64,000 nt of DNA from an uncultured delta proteobacterium (GTDB taxonomy: Bacteria; Myxococcota_A; Polyangia; Polyangiales; Polyangiaceae): contig CAWJCS010000003.1 of NCBI GenBank assembly GCA_963841435.1, positions 1,056,001-1,120,000 of the forward strand. The letters run 5' to 3'. The position numbers and the translations under genes were made by a program. The notes under the pieces are model-generated. The model was given only the letters and a program-made list of their open reading frames with translations. It was not told the origin of the DNA and made no database searches. Of this stretch, positions 26,775 to 37,502 are shown in pieces (within the stretch, counting starts at the first letter, position 1; each line of letters starts with the position of its first letter).

Positions 26775-27959
26775 ATGCTCGAGGCACGGCGCTTGACCTT
26801 CGATGTGCTCTTTGCTTGGCTCTCGCGCCGGGAGAAGGCACTGTTGGTGATCGGTTCCGACCAAACATCGGGAGGCGGTTCGGAAGGATCGCCCCCACCC
26901 CAGGCACCGCTGCCTGCGCCAATCCCGAGCGAACCTCCCGCGGCGCCCGCGCCCGCGCTTGCGAAACGACCGGGGGCAGTGCGACGGACCTGGGAGTGGT
27001 TCTGGCGGGGACGGGCGATGGCCGAGGTCAAGGCGCAGCGAGGGCTCGGGACCGCGCGCGCCGCGGAGCTTTTGCGGCGCGGTTGGTCGGCGCTCGAGGT
27101 TGCCAAGCGGACGCTCGATCCGCCGGTCCGCTTCACGGACGGCCCGGCTGACGCCGTCGCTTGGGAGGTCGCGCGTCAGGCCGTGTATTGGGGGCTGCGC
27201 GCAGCGCTCCTTTCGCGAACCGGCGAGGACGATGCTGTCTCGCCGAACGACCTGCCGAAGCTCTTCGCTCAGTCACGCGAGCGGTGCCTAGCGGCCGCGG
27301 GCGACGACGCCGAGCTCGCCGCGATCGAAGCGATGCTGTCGGGTCATAGCTACGCCGACTTCGGTGATTTGCCGCCGGAAGAGCAGGGCCGGAGCTCGCG
27401 CAAGCTCACCGCCTTCGCGAGCGCGCTGCTCAAGGGCATCGAGGCGCCACGCGTACGGCTCGATCGCTTCTGGTTCCAGCGCCTGACGCGCATGAGCCTC
27501 GTCGTCGCGCTCGTGGGTGGCATCGTGGGCGGTGTCGTCTGGACGCGCAGCTTACAAGAGAGGCGTCGTGACATCGCGCGCGGCAAGGAATGGCGTGCGA
27601 GCTCGGCGTTTCCGGGCATCACGCCGTGCGCGTCGCCCGCGCAGGAGTGCACCGAGAGCCCGTTCTTCTTTTTCCACACGCTCGACGAAGACAAACCCTG
27701 GATCGAGATCGACCTCGGTAGCAAGCAGCGCTTCACGGGCACGCGCATCGTCAATCGCGAGGACTGCTGCGCCGATCGCGCGGTGCCGCTCGCGGTCGAG
27801 GTGAGCAGCGATCACAAGAGCTGGCGCGAGGTGGCTCGCCGCACCGAGGTGTTCGGCGACTGGAAGGCATCGTTCAACCCGGTCAGCGCGCGCTGGGTGC
27901 GCGTGCGCACGCTCAAGCGCGCCACGCTGCACCTGCACCGCGTGATGATCCTGCGCTAG
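26775..27959 (+). CDS. Membrane protein with a C-terminal discoidin (F5/8 type C) domain
   Basis: TM segment then DIARGKEWRASS, FHT, PWIEIDLG, NREDCC, VEVSSD, ARWVRV; start uncertain. Confidence 0.75.
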   Translation: MLEARRLTFDVLFAWLSRREKALLVIGSDQTSGGGSEGSPPPQAPLPAPIPSEPPAAPAPALAKRPGAVRRTWEWFWRGRAMAEVKAQRGLGTARAAELLRRGWSALEVAKRTLDPPVRFTDGPADAVAWEVARQAVYWGLRAALLSRTGEDDAVSPNDLPKLFAQSRERCLAAAGDDAELAAIEAMLSGHSYADFGDLPPEEQGRSSRKLTAFASALLKGIEAPRVRLDRFWFQRLTRMSLVVALVGGIVGGVVWTRSLQERRRDIARGKEWRASSAFPGITPCASPAQECTESPFFFFHTLDEDKPWIEIDLGSKQRFTGTRIVNREDCCADRAVPLAVEVSSDHKSWREVARRTEVFGDWKASFNPVSARWVRVRTLKRATLHLHRVMILR

Positions 27960-28022
27960 CGCGACCCCGCCGCCCTGCGGCGAAACCCACGCTAGGACGT
28001 GAGTTAGCGACGTGCCACGCGC

Positions 28023-29021
28023 TCAGCCGTCCGTTTCGGGGCCGCTGCGGCGTTCGAGCGCGCTCCGGCCGGGCAGTGGCGGCAGGTTCAGCTCGCGCGC
28101 GGCGACGTAGAGCGGTCGCCGCTTGATCTCCTCGTAGATCCTGCCGATGTACTCGCCGAGTATGCCCGTCATGACGAGCTGGGCCGAGAAGCCGAACGTG
28201 ACGGCGACCATGATGCCGGTCCAGCCGGGAACGGCGCCGCGCGCGAAGAACTTCACGTAAAACAGCCAGATGCCGACGCCCACGGCGACGACGCCCGCGA
28301 ACAGTCCGAGCCAGGTCGCCAGGCGCAGCGGCAGCACCGAGAACGAGGTGATGCCGTCGACGGCGAAGCGCAGCATCTTGCGGAACGGGTACTTGGTCTC
28401 GCCCGCGAACCGCGCGTCGCGATCGTACAACACCGCCGTCTGCCGGAATCCCACCCAGGCCACCATGCCGCGCACGAAGCGATGTTGCTCCCTGAGCGCG
28501 CGCAGGGTGAGCACGACGGGGCGTGCCATCAGCCGAAAGTCTCCAGCGTCGCGCGGAATGTCAACCTGCGTCATCCCGCGAATGAAGCGATAAAAGAGCG
28601 CAGCCGTGCCGCGCTTGAAGATCGTCTCCGCACGGCGCTTGCGCCGCACGGCGTAGACCACCTGAAACCCCGCGGCCGCCTGCTCGAGCATGCGTTCGAC
28701 CACCTCGGGGGGATCCTGCAGGTCGGCGTCCATGACGACCACGTAGTCTCCTTCGGCGCGGTCGAGCCCCGCGGTGATGGCGATCTGGTGCCCGAAATTG
28801 CGGGAGAACCCGATGAGCTTGTAGCGGGGCTCGCTCGCCGCAAGACCCGCCAGAAAATCACCCGAACCGTCGCGCGAGCCGTCGTCGATGAAGACCACCT
28901 CCCAGGCATCGCCGACACTGACGAGCTTCTCGAGCAGGCCCCGGAGGCGCCGATCGAGCTCGGGCAGCGACTCCATCTCGTTGAACACGGGCACGACGAG
29001 CGAGAGCTTGGGCCGCGACAT
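28023..29021 (-). CDS. GT2 polyprenol-phosphate glycosyltransferase (GtrB/ArnC-like)
   Basis: LSLVVPVFNE, DDGSRD, SRNFGHQ, MDADLQDPP, GDFRLM, two C-terminal TMs, GEYIGRIY. Confidence 0.92.
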   Translation of the reverse strand: MSRPKLSLVVPVFNEMESLPELDRRLRGLLEKLVSVGDAWEVVFIDDGSRDGSGDFLAGLAASEPRYKLIGFSRNFGHQIAITAGLDRAEGDYVVVMDADLQDPPEVVERMLEQAAAGFQVVYAVRRKRRAETIFKRGTAALFYRFIRGMTQVDIPRDAGDFRLMARPVVLTLRALREQHRFVRGMVAWVGFRQTAVLYDRDARFAGETKYPFRKMLRFAVDGITSFSVLPLRLATWLGLFAGVVAVGVGIWLFYVKFFARGAVPGWTGIMVAVTFGFSAQLVMTGILGEYIGRIYEEIKRRPLYVAARELNLPPLPGRSALERRSGPETDG

Positions 29022-29069
29022 GTGTGCGGGTGAGCCTAGCACAGGCCCTCGCGCGCCCTAGCGTGCCAG

Positions 29070-31043
29070 TCACAGTCCGATGATCTGTTTGCCCTGATCG
29101 TTCCTGCTCCGATCGCCGCCGCGCTTCCAGAGCGCGAAGTTGCCCCGGCGGCCGACGTACCCGTACTTGCCCGTAGCGATGGCGGTCGCGAGGATCTGGT
29201 GGGTGGTGCCACTGCGTGCCTCGTCGAGGTTCATGAGGAGGTAATCGGCATCGTCGTAGGTGAAGCGCAGCGTGAAGCAGTAGCGGCGACTCGAGACGTG
29301 CGGCGCTTCCATCTCCGTGGCGGCGACCGAAGCGCTCTTCGGGATCTGCTTGACGAGCTCGTACAGATCCTTGTGCCGCTTCTGGTCTTCGCGCGAGATC
29401 TTGAACTGGATCTGACGGAAGCCTCCCACGAAGCTCGCGCGCTGGAGGATCGCCCCTTGGCTGTAGCTGAAGATGGTCGCCGTCGCGAGGATGGCGAGCA
29501 CGGCTGCGGGTACCCTGAACGTTCGCTGACCGAGCAGCGCGTCCCGCTCGCGCCAGTACGACATCACGATGACCGCAGAAAAAAAGATGTAAGCGGTGTA
29601 GTTCGACGTGTACTGAAAGAAGGTCTGGTAGAGCGGCTTGTAGCCCCACGAAAGGAGCGTGAACATCGCCGGAGGGATGAACAGAATCCACGTGCGCGGG
29701 TGCCGGAACGGCAAGAGCAGCACGGGGCCCATCATCTTCACGATGTAGGTGAGCTTGTCTTGCTCGAGCAGCGAGTTGAACGTGAAGATCGGGTTCGACC
29801 CCATCGTGCGCAGCACGCCCTTGAAGCCGGTTTCCCCGGGTGGAATCAGACCCTGGAACATCCAGGTGAAGCTGTTGGCATCCGACCAGGTTCGGTGGAG
29901 CGGCATGACCACGAATTTTACGACCACGAAATAGATCGCCGACAGGATGCCGCCGACGAGCGCCCAGCGCGTGCGCTTGCCCGTCGCGAGATAGAAGAGG
30001 CCGCCCGCCGCCAGCACGGCGCTCGTGTCCTCGCGCAGGAGCAGCGCGCAGAGCCACGCCGCAATCAGCCAACCCTTCTTCTCGGCCTCGAAGAAGTAGA
30101 TCACCCAGGCGATCCAGAACGGCGCGAGCGTCGCGAAGTGAAAATCGTAGAAAACGGGCCCGTGGAGCGGGGCGTGGACGAGGTACGCGTAAGCGATCAC
30201 GAGCGCGCCCCAGGCACTGCCGATGCGACGCTTCGCGATCAGGTAGATGGGGATGGCGGCCGCCGAAACCGTCACGCCCTGAATCACGAGCAGCGTTTGG
30301 GCGTGCTGGTAGAGCGCGTAGATGGGGCCGTAGAGATAGGCGAGGAAGGTGGCGTGAAACTGGATGTGGGAGCCCGTACGGCCCAGATCCGGACTGGCCG
30401 CGAACCAGCTGCCGCGGATCAGGTTCCACATGATGTTGTCGAAAATAGCGAGGTCCCAGCTGGCCGTGCCGAGCCGGTAGTGGTTCATCATCGTGAAGTA
30501 CGAGAGGTACCAACCGACGAACGAGGCCATGCCCACGAGCAGAAGCGGCGGCGCCCACGCATGCAGGCGGGGGTAGCGACGCACGCTGCGCGCGTACCAG
30601 CCCGCGATGCCCGTCCAGTCGATCGACCCGAACGACAGCCTGAGCGTGCGCTCGAGCCCTAGGCCGAAAAGGACGGCCGCGAGCACGAAGGTCCACTCGT
30701 TGCGCTGCGTCCAGCGATAGTCGAAAAGGACGGGCACAGGGAACAGCACGAGCAGCGGGGAGACGATGCGCCCCGCGCGCAATAGCGCCGTGAGAGCCGC
30801 ATCCGAGAAGCGCCGTACGGCGAGGTAGATGGCGCCCGCGACGACGAGCCCCGCGCCCGCGACGAGCATCGAAACGAGCAGCACGTCGCGTGACGCCCTG
30901 TCCATGGCGTTCGACGTGACGTGATCGAGCACGCGGTCGTACTCGAGCAGGTACGCGCAGCTCGCCACCGAGGCGCCGACCCCGAAGAGCAGTATCGCAC
31001 TGGCGACGAGGCGCGACTCCGCGGGGGTGCGTTCGACGTGCAT
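29070..31043 (-). CDS. DUF2079-like multi-TM protein (probable GT-C glycosyltransferase)
   Basis: WDLAIFDNIMWN, H...LYGPIYALY, FYDFH, LLREDTS; many TM helices. Confidence 0.75.
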   Translation of the reverse strand: MHVERTPAESRLVASAILLFGVGASVASCAYLLEYDRVLDHVTSNAMDRASRDVLLVSMLVAGAGLVVAGAIYLAVRRFSDAALTALLRAGRIVSPLLVLFPVPVLFDYRWTQRNEWTFVLAAVLFGLGLERTLRLSFGSIDWTGIAGWYARSVRRYPRLHAWAPPLLLVGMASFVGWYLSYFTMMNHYRLGTASWDLAIFDNIMWNLIRGSWFAASPDLGRTGSHIQFHATFLAYLYGPIYALYQHAQTLLVIQGVTVSAAAIPIYLIAKRRIGSAWGALVIAYAYLVHAPLHGPVFYDFHFATLAPFWIAWVIYFFEAEKKGWLIAAWLCALLLREDTSAVLAAGGLFYLATGKRTRWALVGGILSAIYFVVVKFVVMPLHRTWSDANSFTWMFQGLIPPGETGFKGVLRTMGSNPIFTFNSLLEQDKLTYIVKMMGPVLLLPFRHPRTWILFIPPAMFTLLSWGYKPLYQTFFQYTSNYTAYIFFSAVIVMSYWRERDALLGQRTFRVPAAVLAILATATIFSYSQGAILQRASFVGGFRQIQFKISREDQKRHKDLYELVKQIPKSASVAATEMEAPHVSSRRYCFTLRFTYDDADYLLMNLDEARSGTTHQILATAIATGKYGYVGRRGNFALWKRGGDRSRNDQGKQIIGL

Positions 31044-31193
31044 GGGCGAGCGACGGAAGCCGTCTGTTAGTAGCGCGACGCGCCGGGACCAGGCAAGTCG
31101 CTTTCCGGTATGGAAAACACGTTCTCGGCGCCGCCCGCCGGACTACCCGGGGGATTGCGACGGGCTACGATCCGTATCAGGCTTCGACGCACG

Positions 31194-32720
31194 ATGCCGG
31201 ACAAGAAGCCCCGGGTGGTGATTTTCGTCGTCGCCTACCACGCCGAAAGCACGCTCGAAGCGGTCCTTTCTCGCATCCCCGCGTCGCTGTTTTCGGACTA
31301 CGACTGCTCGATTCTCGTGGTCGACGACGCCTCGAAGGACCACACGGTCGAGGTGGGCCAGAGCTACCAGCGTATGCATCCGGAGGTGCCGCTAACCGTG
31401 CTCCGGAACGAGTACAATCAGGGTTACGGCGGCAACCAGAAGGTGGGCTACACCCACGCCATTGCCGAAGGCGCCGACGCCGTCGCGCTCCTGCACGGCG
31501 ACGCCCAGTACGCGCCCGAGGAGCTACCGAAGCTGCTCGGGCCCGTCTGCCGCGGCGAGGCGGACGCCGTTTTCGGTAGCCGCATGATGGAGCGCTTTGG
31601 CGCGCTCCGTGGCGGCATGCCGCTCTACAAATACGTCGGCAACAAAGTACTGACGACGGTGCAGAACCGGCTGCTCGGCACGCGCCTTTCGGAGTTTCAC
31701 AGCGGCTACCGCGTCTACTCCGTACCGTTCCTCGAGAAGATTCACTTCAAGCTCAACTCCAACGATTTCCACTTCGACAGCGAGATCATCATCCAGATCC
31801 TGAACGCGGGGGGCCGCATCCTCGAGCTGCCGATTCCCACCTACTACGGCGACGAGATCTGCCGCGTGAACGGGATGAAGTACGCGAGGGACGTCGTGCG
31901 CGTCACGCTGCAGAACGTGGCCCATCGCGCGGGCCTTCTGCACCAGCGCCGCTTCGACCCCGTGGGCGGCGCCAACACCCACTACGACCTCAAGCTCGGC
32001 TATGCGAGCAGCCACAGCTACGCGCTCGAACGCGTGCCGGACGGCTCCCGCGTGCTCGACATCGGCGCCGGACCGGGCGGCATGGCGCGCGAGCTCGTGA
32101 AAAAGCACTGCGACGTCACCGTCGTCGACGAGCACGCCCCCGCCGAAGCGACGCCGGGCGTCACCGTGCTCGAGCAGGACCTCGATACCGGGCTTTCGTT
32201 CAACCCCGGGCGCTACGACGTGCTCCTGATGCTCGACGTGATCGAGCACCTCAAGCGGCCGGAAGATTTCCTCGACAAGCTGCGAGACAATTTCGATCAC
32301 TCCCAGAAGAAGCTGATCCTCACCACGCCCAACGTGGCGTTCGCGCCACAGCGGCTCATGCTGCTCTTCGGGCAATTCAACTACGGCAAGGCGGGCATCC
32401 TCGACCTCACGCACACGCGCCTGTTCACCTTCCGCTCCATCGAGCAGCTGCTCAAGGACGCAGGGTTCCGCATTCGCGAGGTCCGGGGCGTCCCGGCGCC
32501 CTTTCCCAAGGTGCTTGGTAACGGCGTGCTCGGCCGCACCGCAACGCAGCTGAACGAGCTTGCGATCCGCTTTAGCAAGACGCTTTTTTCCTACCAAATC
32601 CTGATCACGGCCGAGGGCACGCCGACGCCCGAGTTCCTCGTGGACGACGCGCGCGTTCGCAGCGGCCTCACGGGACTCAATCTGAGCTTCAGCCAGCGTG
32701 GCCCCATCGCGAGCGCGTGA
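31194..32720 (+). CDS. GT2 glycosyltransferase fused to a class I SAM methyltransferase
   Basis: VDDASKD, NQGYGGNQK, LHGDAQY, EFHSGYR, IPTYYGDEI; then VLDIGAGPG, LDVIEHL, TTPN, GILDLTH. Confidence 0.9.
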   Translation: MPDKKPRVVIFVVAYHAESTLEAVLSRIPASLFSDYDCSILVVDDASKDHTVEVGQSYQRMHPEVPLTVLRNEYNQGYGGNQKVGYTHAIAEGADAVALLHGDAQYAPEELPKLLGPVCRGEADAVFGSRMMERFGALRGGMPLYKYVGNKVLTTVQNRLLGTRLSEFHSGYRVYSVPFLEKIHFKLNSNDFHFDSEIIIQILNAGGRILELPIPTYYGDEICRVNGMKYARDVVRVTLQNVAHRAGLLHQRRFDPVGGANTHYDLKLGYASSHSYALERVPDGSRVLDIGAGPGGMARELVKKHCDVTVVDEHAPAEATPGVTVLEQDLDTGLSFNPGRYDVLLMLDVIEHLKRPEDFLDKLRDNFDHSQKKLILTTPNVAFAPQRLMLLFGQFNYGKAGILDLTHTRLFTFRSIEQLLKDAGFRIREVRGVPAPFPKVLGNGVLGRTATQLNELAIRFSKTLFSYQILITAEGTPTPEFLVDDARVRSGLTGLNLSFSQRGPIASA

Positions 32721-32770
32721 GTGGGTGCCACCGGCCGCCGGGGGTCGGGCACGGCCCCGCGGGCCGCTGC

Positions 32771-35090
32771 TCAGTGCTTGGCGCGGGAACGGCGCACGTA
32801 GAGCTGCGAGCGGCCGCGCGCCGAGGCGTAGTCGAAGCGCTTGCCGGGGTTCACGTCGGGGTGGCACGGCGTCTCGACGACGACGAAGTCACCCCTTTCG
32901 AGAGGAGCGTCGGATGCATGGAGTGGCTCGACGGGGTCGGGCGGCGGTGCCGGATCGACGGCGGGCAAGGTGAGCTGCGAGAGCTTGTACCAGCCCGTGC
33001 GGTAGGGCGGACCGCAGCCGAAGTAGGCGACGTTCGAACTCGGTTCGCGTTTCGGAAGGACGGGGCTCGGGCACGCGCGCCACCCACTGGCCCGCGACGA
33101 TGCGGCGCTCCTCGGTGGCGCGGTAGGCATAGTTGTAAAAGGCGAGATCTTCGCCGACGGAATCGCGACCGATGCTGTACGGCGGCCACACGAGGTCGGT
33201 GACGCCAAGGCGGCGCAGCTGGTCGTTGATGCGCGCGGGGCTCGCAAGCCTCGCGTAGTTGAACTTGAGCTGGTGCAGGTCCGTGACCCAATTGCGGTCG
33301 AGGCCCAAGATCATGATGTTGTCGTGCGCGAGCACCGTCGCGTCCGGAGGCAAAGCACGCCCGATCGTGCTGAGCGGCTCGTAGATATCGAGCCGATTTT
33401 CCTGTCTCTCGAAGGCCGAAGCCAGGAACAGCGCCACGACGCGGATCGGCGAATCGTGAAGGAGGTTGTGAGTACGAATGAAGGGCGTGTCGCCCGCCCA
33501 GACCACCTGGAGCCCACCGAGCAGCGCGAGAGCGATGCGCGGCTTGTAGCCGCTGCGTGCCACGAGCACGAACGTCGTCGCCGTGGCTCCTGCCATCAGC
33601 GGCACGGCGGCCACGAGGTAGCGATCGTAGTGCGTGAGCAGGTACCAGACGAAGACCGCGGCCATCCCCAGCGCGTAGAGCCACGCCACGCGGGCCGCTC
33701 CCTTGACGAAGAGCAAGCAGGGCAAAGTCAGCGTGAACAGCGAGCCGAACACGGGCCAGTTGCCATAGAGGAACTCCCAATTGTTCGGCTCGAACGAGAA
33801 CGTCAGCGTCGCCTTCGCCGCGGCGAAGAGCCCCTCTGCGTTGACGGAGCCGGGGCGGCCGGTGGCCTCGAGGATCGAGAGCCGTGCCGCCGCTTCCGGA
33901 GCCCACGGATGGGACGGGAAAAAGCGGTGCAGCATCGGATAGATGGGGTCGCCGTACCAGACCCAGTTCTTGAGCCAGTGGGGGGCCGTGAGGATCAGCG
34001 GCAGCGTCACGAGGGCGGCGAGGGCAATGCCCTCCGTCTTCGTGCGTCGGCGCAAGGTGAGCCAGAGCCCACGCGCGAGCAAGGCGAAGGCCGGCGGCAG
34101 CACGATGCTCAACGCCGTGTACTTGGTGAGCGTCGCCGCTGCGATGAACACACTGAACAGCGCTGCGTTCAAAGGCGTGAAGCGACGCCAGGCACGAAAG
34201 AAGGTGAGCGCAATCGGGATCGCGAAAAAGCCCGTTACGCGATCCGCCCCCGAGTGAAGGTTGAGATCGTAGACGTAGAGCCCCGGGAACATGAGCAACG
34301 TGACCCAGGTGATGCCCACGTAGCGTCCCGGAGCTAGACGCCGGACCAGCACGGGGACCTGCGCGAGCATGGCGAGGAACAGCACGAACTCCAGATGCGC
34401 GCAGAGCTCCACCCGGTCGAAAAGCAGCGTTTTGGGCGCGAGAAACGCCCAGGCGTACACGTAACTCCACAGGTGGGGAAAGGCGACCGGCCAGAAGCCT
34501 TCCTCGAAGCGGCTGACCGCGCCCGACAGCGCGTACCGCTGTGCAATCGGCATGTGGTACCAGCGCACGTCGAAGCTCACGACCTCCGGCGAGAGGATCG
34601 TGAAGTACACGATGCCGAGCGCGAGCACGGCGAGCACCAGAACGGGGACTTGCCAAGCTGGCACGCGCCACTCGGAGCGCAGCGTTCTCCGCGCGAAATG
34701 AAGTAGCTCCTTGCCCGAGCGGCGGTACCCAAAAAGGGCGAAGACAGCGGGCAGCAGGAAGAACGTGAGCACGGAAAGTCCGTGCGCGAGGCCAACGAAA
34801 AACACGCCCAGCCCGAAGCACAGGACGCCGAGCGCGAGGCCCAGTGTGAGCTGCTCGAGCTTAGGCAGCGCCCCACGCACGAGCACGCCGCAAAGCGCGT
34901 AGCCCGCGAGCAGGCAGGACGCGAGCCACGCGAGCGAGACGACCCAATAGGCCGCGTAGCGAAGGAAGAGCCAGTCCTTTACGGGGTAGACGCCGTCGAC
35001 CTTCACCCCGAAGTAGACGAGCCCCGCGGCGAGCACGGCGACGAGGAAGAAGCCCCTGGCGCGCTCGAGCGAAGGCAGCGTGAAGGGCAT
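32771..35090 (-). CDS. Multi-TM GT-C/ArnT-like membrane protein, frameshift at ~33034 (probable sequencing error)
   Basis: DVRWYHMPIA, TKYTAL, PHWLKNWVWYGDPIYP; removing one base in TTCGAA (33033-33038) continues into VAYFGCGPPY...AKH* at 32771. Confidence 0.7.
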
Positions 35091-35104
35091 CGAGGGTGCC
35101 CGGC

Positions 35105-35740
35105 TCAGTGAGGCCGACGACCGCTGGCGGCCAGGACCCATCCGAGCGCGATCGTTTCCACTTGCAGCGCCTCCGCACCCGCGTGTCCGAGGACGGTGGT
35201 CAGGCGCTCCGGTGTCATTTTCGTGGGGTGGATGTGCTTGCGACTGAAATGTTGAAGCCTGGCTATGGCTTCGAGCGCCGTCGCCTCGATCAGGCGCAGC
35301 GACGTCGAGGCGTAGTTGGGGGTCGTCAAGAACAGCGCCCCGTTGGGCTTGAGAACGCGGAGGATCTCGCGTGTCCAGGCCACGGGTTCCGGGACGTGCT
35401 CGATGACATCCATCGAAACGACCAGATCGAACCGTGCGTCCGGGTACGGGAGCCCTCGTCCGGGGTCGATCACGTCCGCGCCCGCGAGCTTGTGTCCATG
35501 AAGGCTCTTGGCAAGCTCCACGGCCCGCTCGTCGATGTCACAGATCGTGAAACTTCGTCCGCGGCGCTCGAGGCGCTCGAGCTCGAAGAACGGCCCCGAC
35601 CCGACGTTCAAGACATCGGGCCCGGGACTCTGCTCCACGGCGTGCTGTAACGAGCGCACGATAGGACCGTGGTAGAGGTTCCACGGGAACCGCAGCTTCA
35701 GGCTGTGGTTCGAGAAATAGTCCGGCTGAGGGGCGGACAT
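35105..35740 (-). CDS. Class I SAM methyltransferase
   Basis: VLNVGSG, FDLVVSMDVIEHV, RVLKPNG, TTPN. Confidence 0.88.
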   Translation of the reverse strand: MSAPQPDYFSNHSLKLRFPWNLYHGPIVRSLQHAVEQSPGPDVLNVGSGPFFELERLERRGRSFTICDIDERAVELAKSLHGHKLAGADVIDPGRGLPYPDARFDLVVSMDVIEHVPEPVAWTREILRVLKPNGALFLTTPNYASTSLRLIEATALEAIARLQHFSRKHIHPTKMTPERLTTVLGHAGAEALQVETIALGWVLAASGRRPH

Positions 35741-35743
35741 CGC

Positions 35744-36559
35744 TCACTCGATCCGGCGGCGACCGATCGCCAGAAACTCGGCCGTGGGGGTCGGATCACT
35801 CTTGTCGAGGAGCGACTTTGCCAGGGCGTAGATCGGCAAAGCGAGCCCACGGCGCACCGAGGGGAAATTGGTCCAGCGCGTCGTCAGGTGTTTGTTCAAC
35901 AAACCTGCGAGCGACGGGAGCAGCAACGCCTCGAACGCTACCGTCGTGGCCGTCGAGAGCACCGGTTCCACGTGCTCGACCTCGAAACCGCCGTCCACGA
36001 GCACCTGCCGCCAGCCCTGCTCGTCGTAGAGGTGATGGTGCTTGAAGAGGGTATCGATGGCCGTCTGCAGGGTCTCCGCGAGGCCCGTTGCCCCAACGCC
36101 GGCTAGCAGCCGGTAGCTCAAGAATTGCTTGGCCCAGTCCCGATTGGGAACGAACATGAGCACGCGCCCCCCGGGCTTGAGGCAGTCGTGGATCGTCTTC
36201 ATTGCCAGGTCGAGACGCGGCACGTGCTCGAGCGAGCAGTTGGCGACACAGGTTTCGAAGAAGGCCTGGGGGAGCCTGGCGCGCGTGACGTCGCCGAGCA
36301 CCACTTGCGCGTAGGCGCGACTCGCGGCGGCCCAGCGGCCCTCCTTGGCGTCGATGTCGATGCCCCAGACTTCCGCGTCGGCGAACGCAACGCTCGCGAA
36401 CAAGCCATCGCCGCAGCCCACGTCGAGGATCGGGCCCGGACAATCGTAGCGACGCAGGACGGAGAGGCGCGCGCACTCCTTGACGCAGAGAGCCGCGGGA
36501 GTGTGGGGGAAATACCGCTGAAAGTCGGCGAGGCTGATCTCGGGCGCGCGGCTCGTCAT
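35744..36559 (-). CDS. Class I SAM methyltransferase
   Basis: ILDVGCGDG, NCSLEHV, LKPGG. Confidence 0.88.
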   Translation of the reverse strand: MTSRAPEISLADFQRYFPHTPAALCVKECARLSVLRRYDCPGPILDVGCGDGLFASVAFADAEVWGIDIDAKEGRWAAASRAYAQVVLGDVTRARLPQAFFETCVANCSLEHVPRLDLAMKTIHDCLKPGGRVLMFVPNRDWAKQFLSYRLLAGVGATGLAETLQTAIDTLFKHHHLYDEQGWRQVLVDGGFEVEHVEPVLSTATTVAFEALLLPSLAGLLNKHLTTRWTNFPSVRRGLALPIYALAKSLLDKSDPTPTAEFLAIGRRRIE

Positions 36560-36733
36560 GGGGCCTAAGTTGCCGCCGTGATTAGCTTACCGGGAGGCGG
36601 ATCGCAACCGGGCCCTCGCCGCCGTGCGTGGCATTTTCACGCCGATTCGCGCGGCTTTTCCTCGCCGGGCATGACCATGGCAAGCTTCGGCCGCCGACGG
36701 ATCGTCGTCGCGTGGGCCAAGAAGAAGCACCGC

Positions 36734-37502
36734 ATGAAAGTCGTCATCCTCGCAGGCGGGCTGGGCAGCCGGCTCTCGGAGCACACAGCCCTCAAGCCGA
36801 AGCCCATGGTCGAGATCGGACAGTATCCGATCTTGTTCCACATCCTGAACATCTACGCGGCGCACGGCTTCGACGATTTCGTGATTGCGTGCGGCTACAA
36901 GGGGGAGGTCATCAAGGAGTACTTCCAGGGCTTCCATCTCAGGCATACCGACTTCACGGTGCGCCTCCGCGACGGCGAGCTCAGCACGCTGAAGAACGAT
37001 GCGCCGCCCTGGACCGTGACGTTGATCGACACGGGGCTCAGCACCATGACGGGGGGCCGCGTTCGCCGGCTCGCGAGCGTGATCGGCGAGGAGACGTTCA
37101 TGGTGACGTACGGTGACGGCGTCGGAAACGTTAACATCACGAAGCTCGTCGCCTTTCACCGCTCCCACGGAAAGGCAGCGACGGTCACCGCCGTCCGGCC
37201 GCCGTCGCGCTTCGGCGGGCTCGTCGTCGAGGGCGGCCGCGTACGCGAATTCACGGAGAAACCTCAGACCGGCGAGGGCTGGATCAACGGCGGATTCTTC
37301 GTGTTCGAGCCGCGCGTCTTTTCGTACCTCGACGGGGACGAGAGCGTGCTCGAGAAGACCCCACTCGAGCGTCTCGCGCGAGACGGCGAGCTCATGGCCT
37401 TCGAGCACCACGATTTCTGGCAGCCGATGGACACGCTGCGCGAAAAGCGCGTGCTCGACGAGCTCTGGGCTTCGGGGAAGGCGCCCTGGAAGATTCTGGT
37501 GA
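36734..37502 (+). CDS. rfbF: Glucose-1-phosphate cytidylyltransferase (stop apparently lost through a 1-nt insertion at 37494)
   Basis: MKVVILAGGLGSRL, PKPMVEIG, DTGLSTMTGGR, TYGDG, WINGGFF, FWQPMDTLRE, APWK; removing one T gives KIW* overlapping the next ATG. Confidence 0.9.
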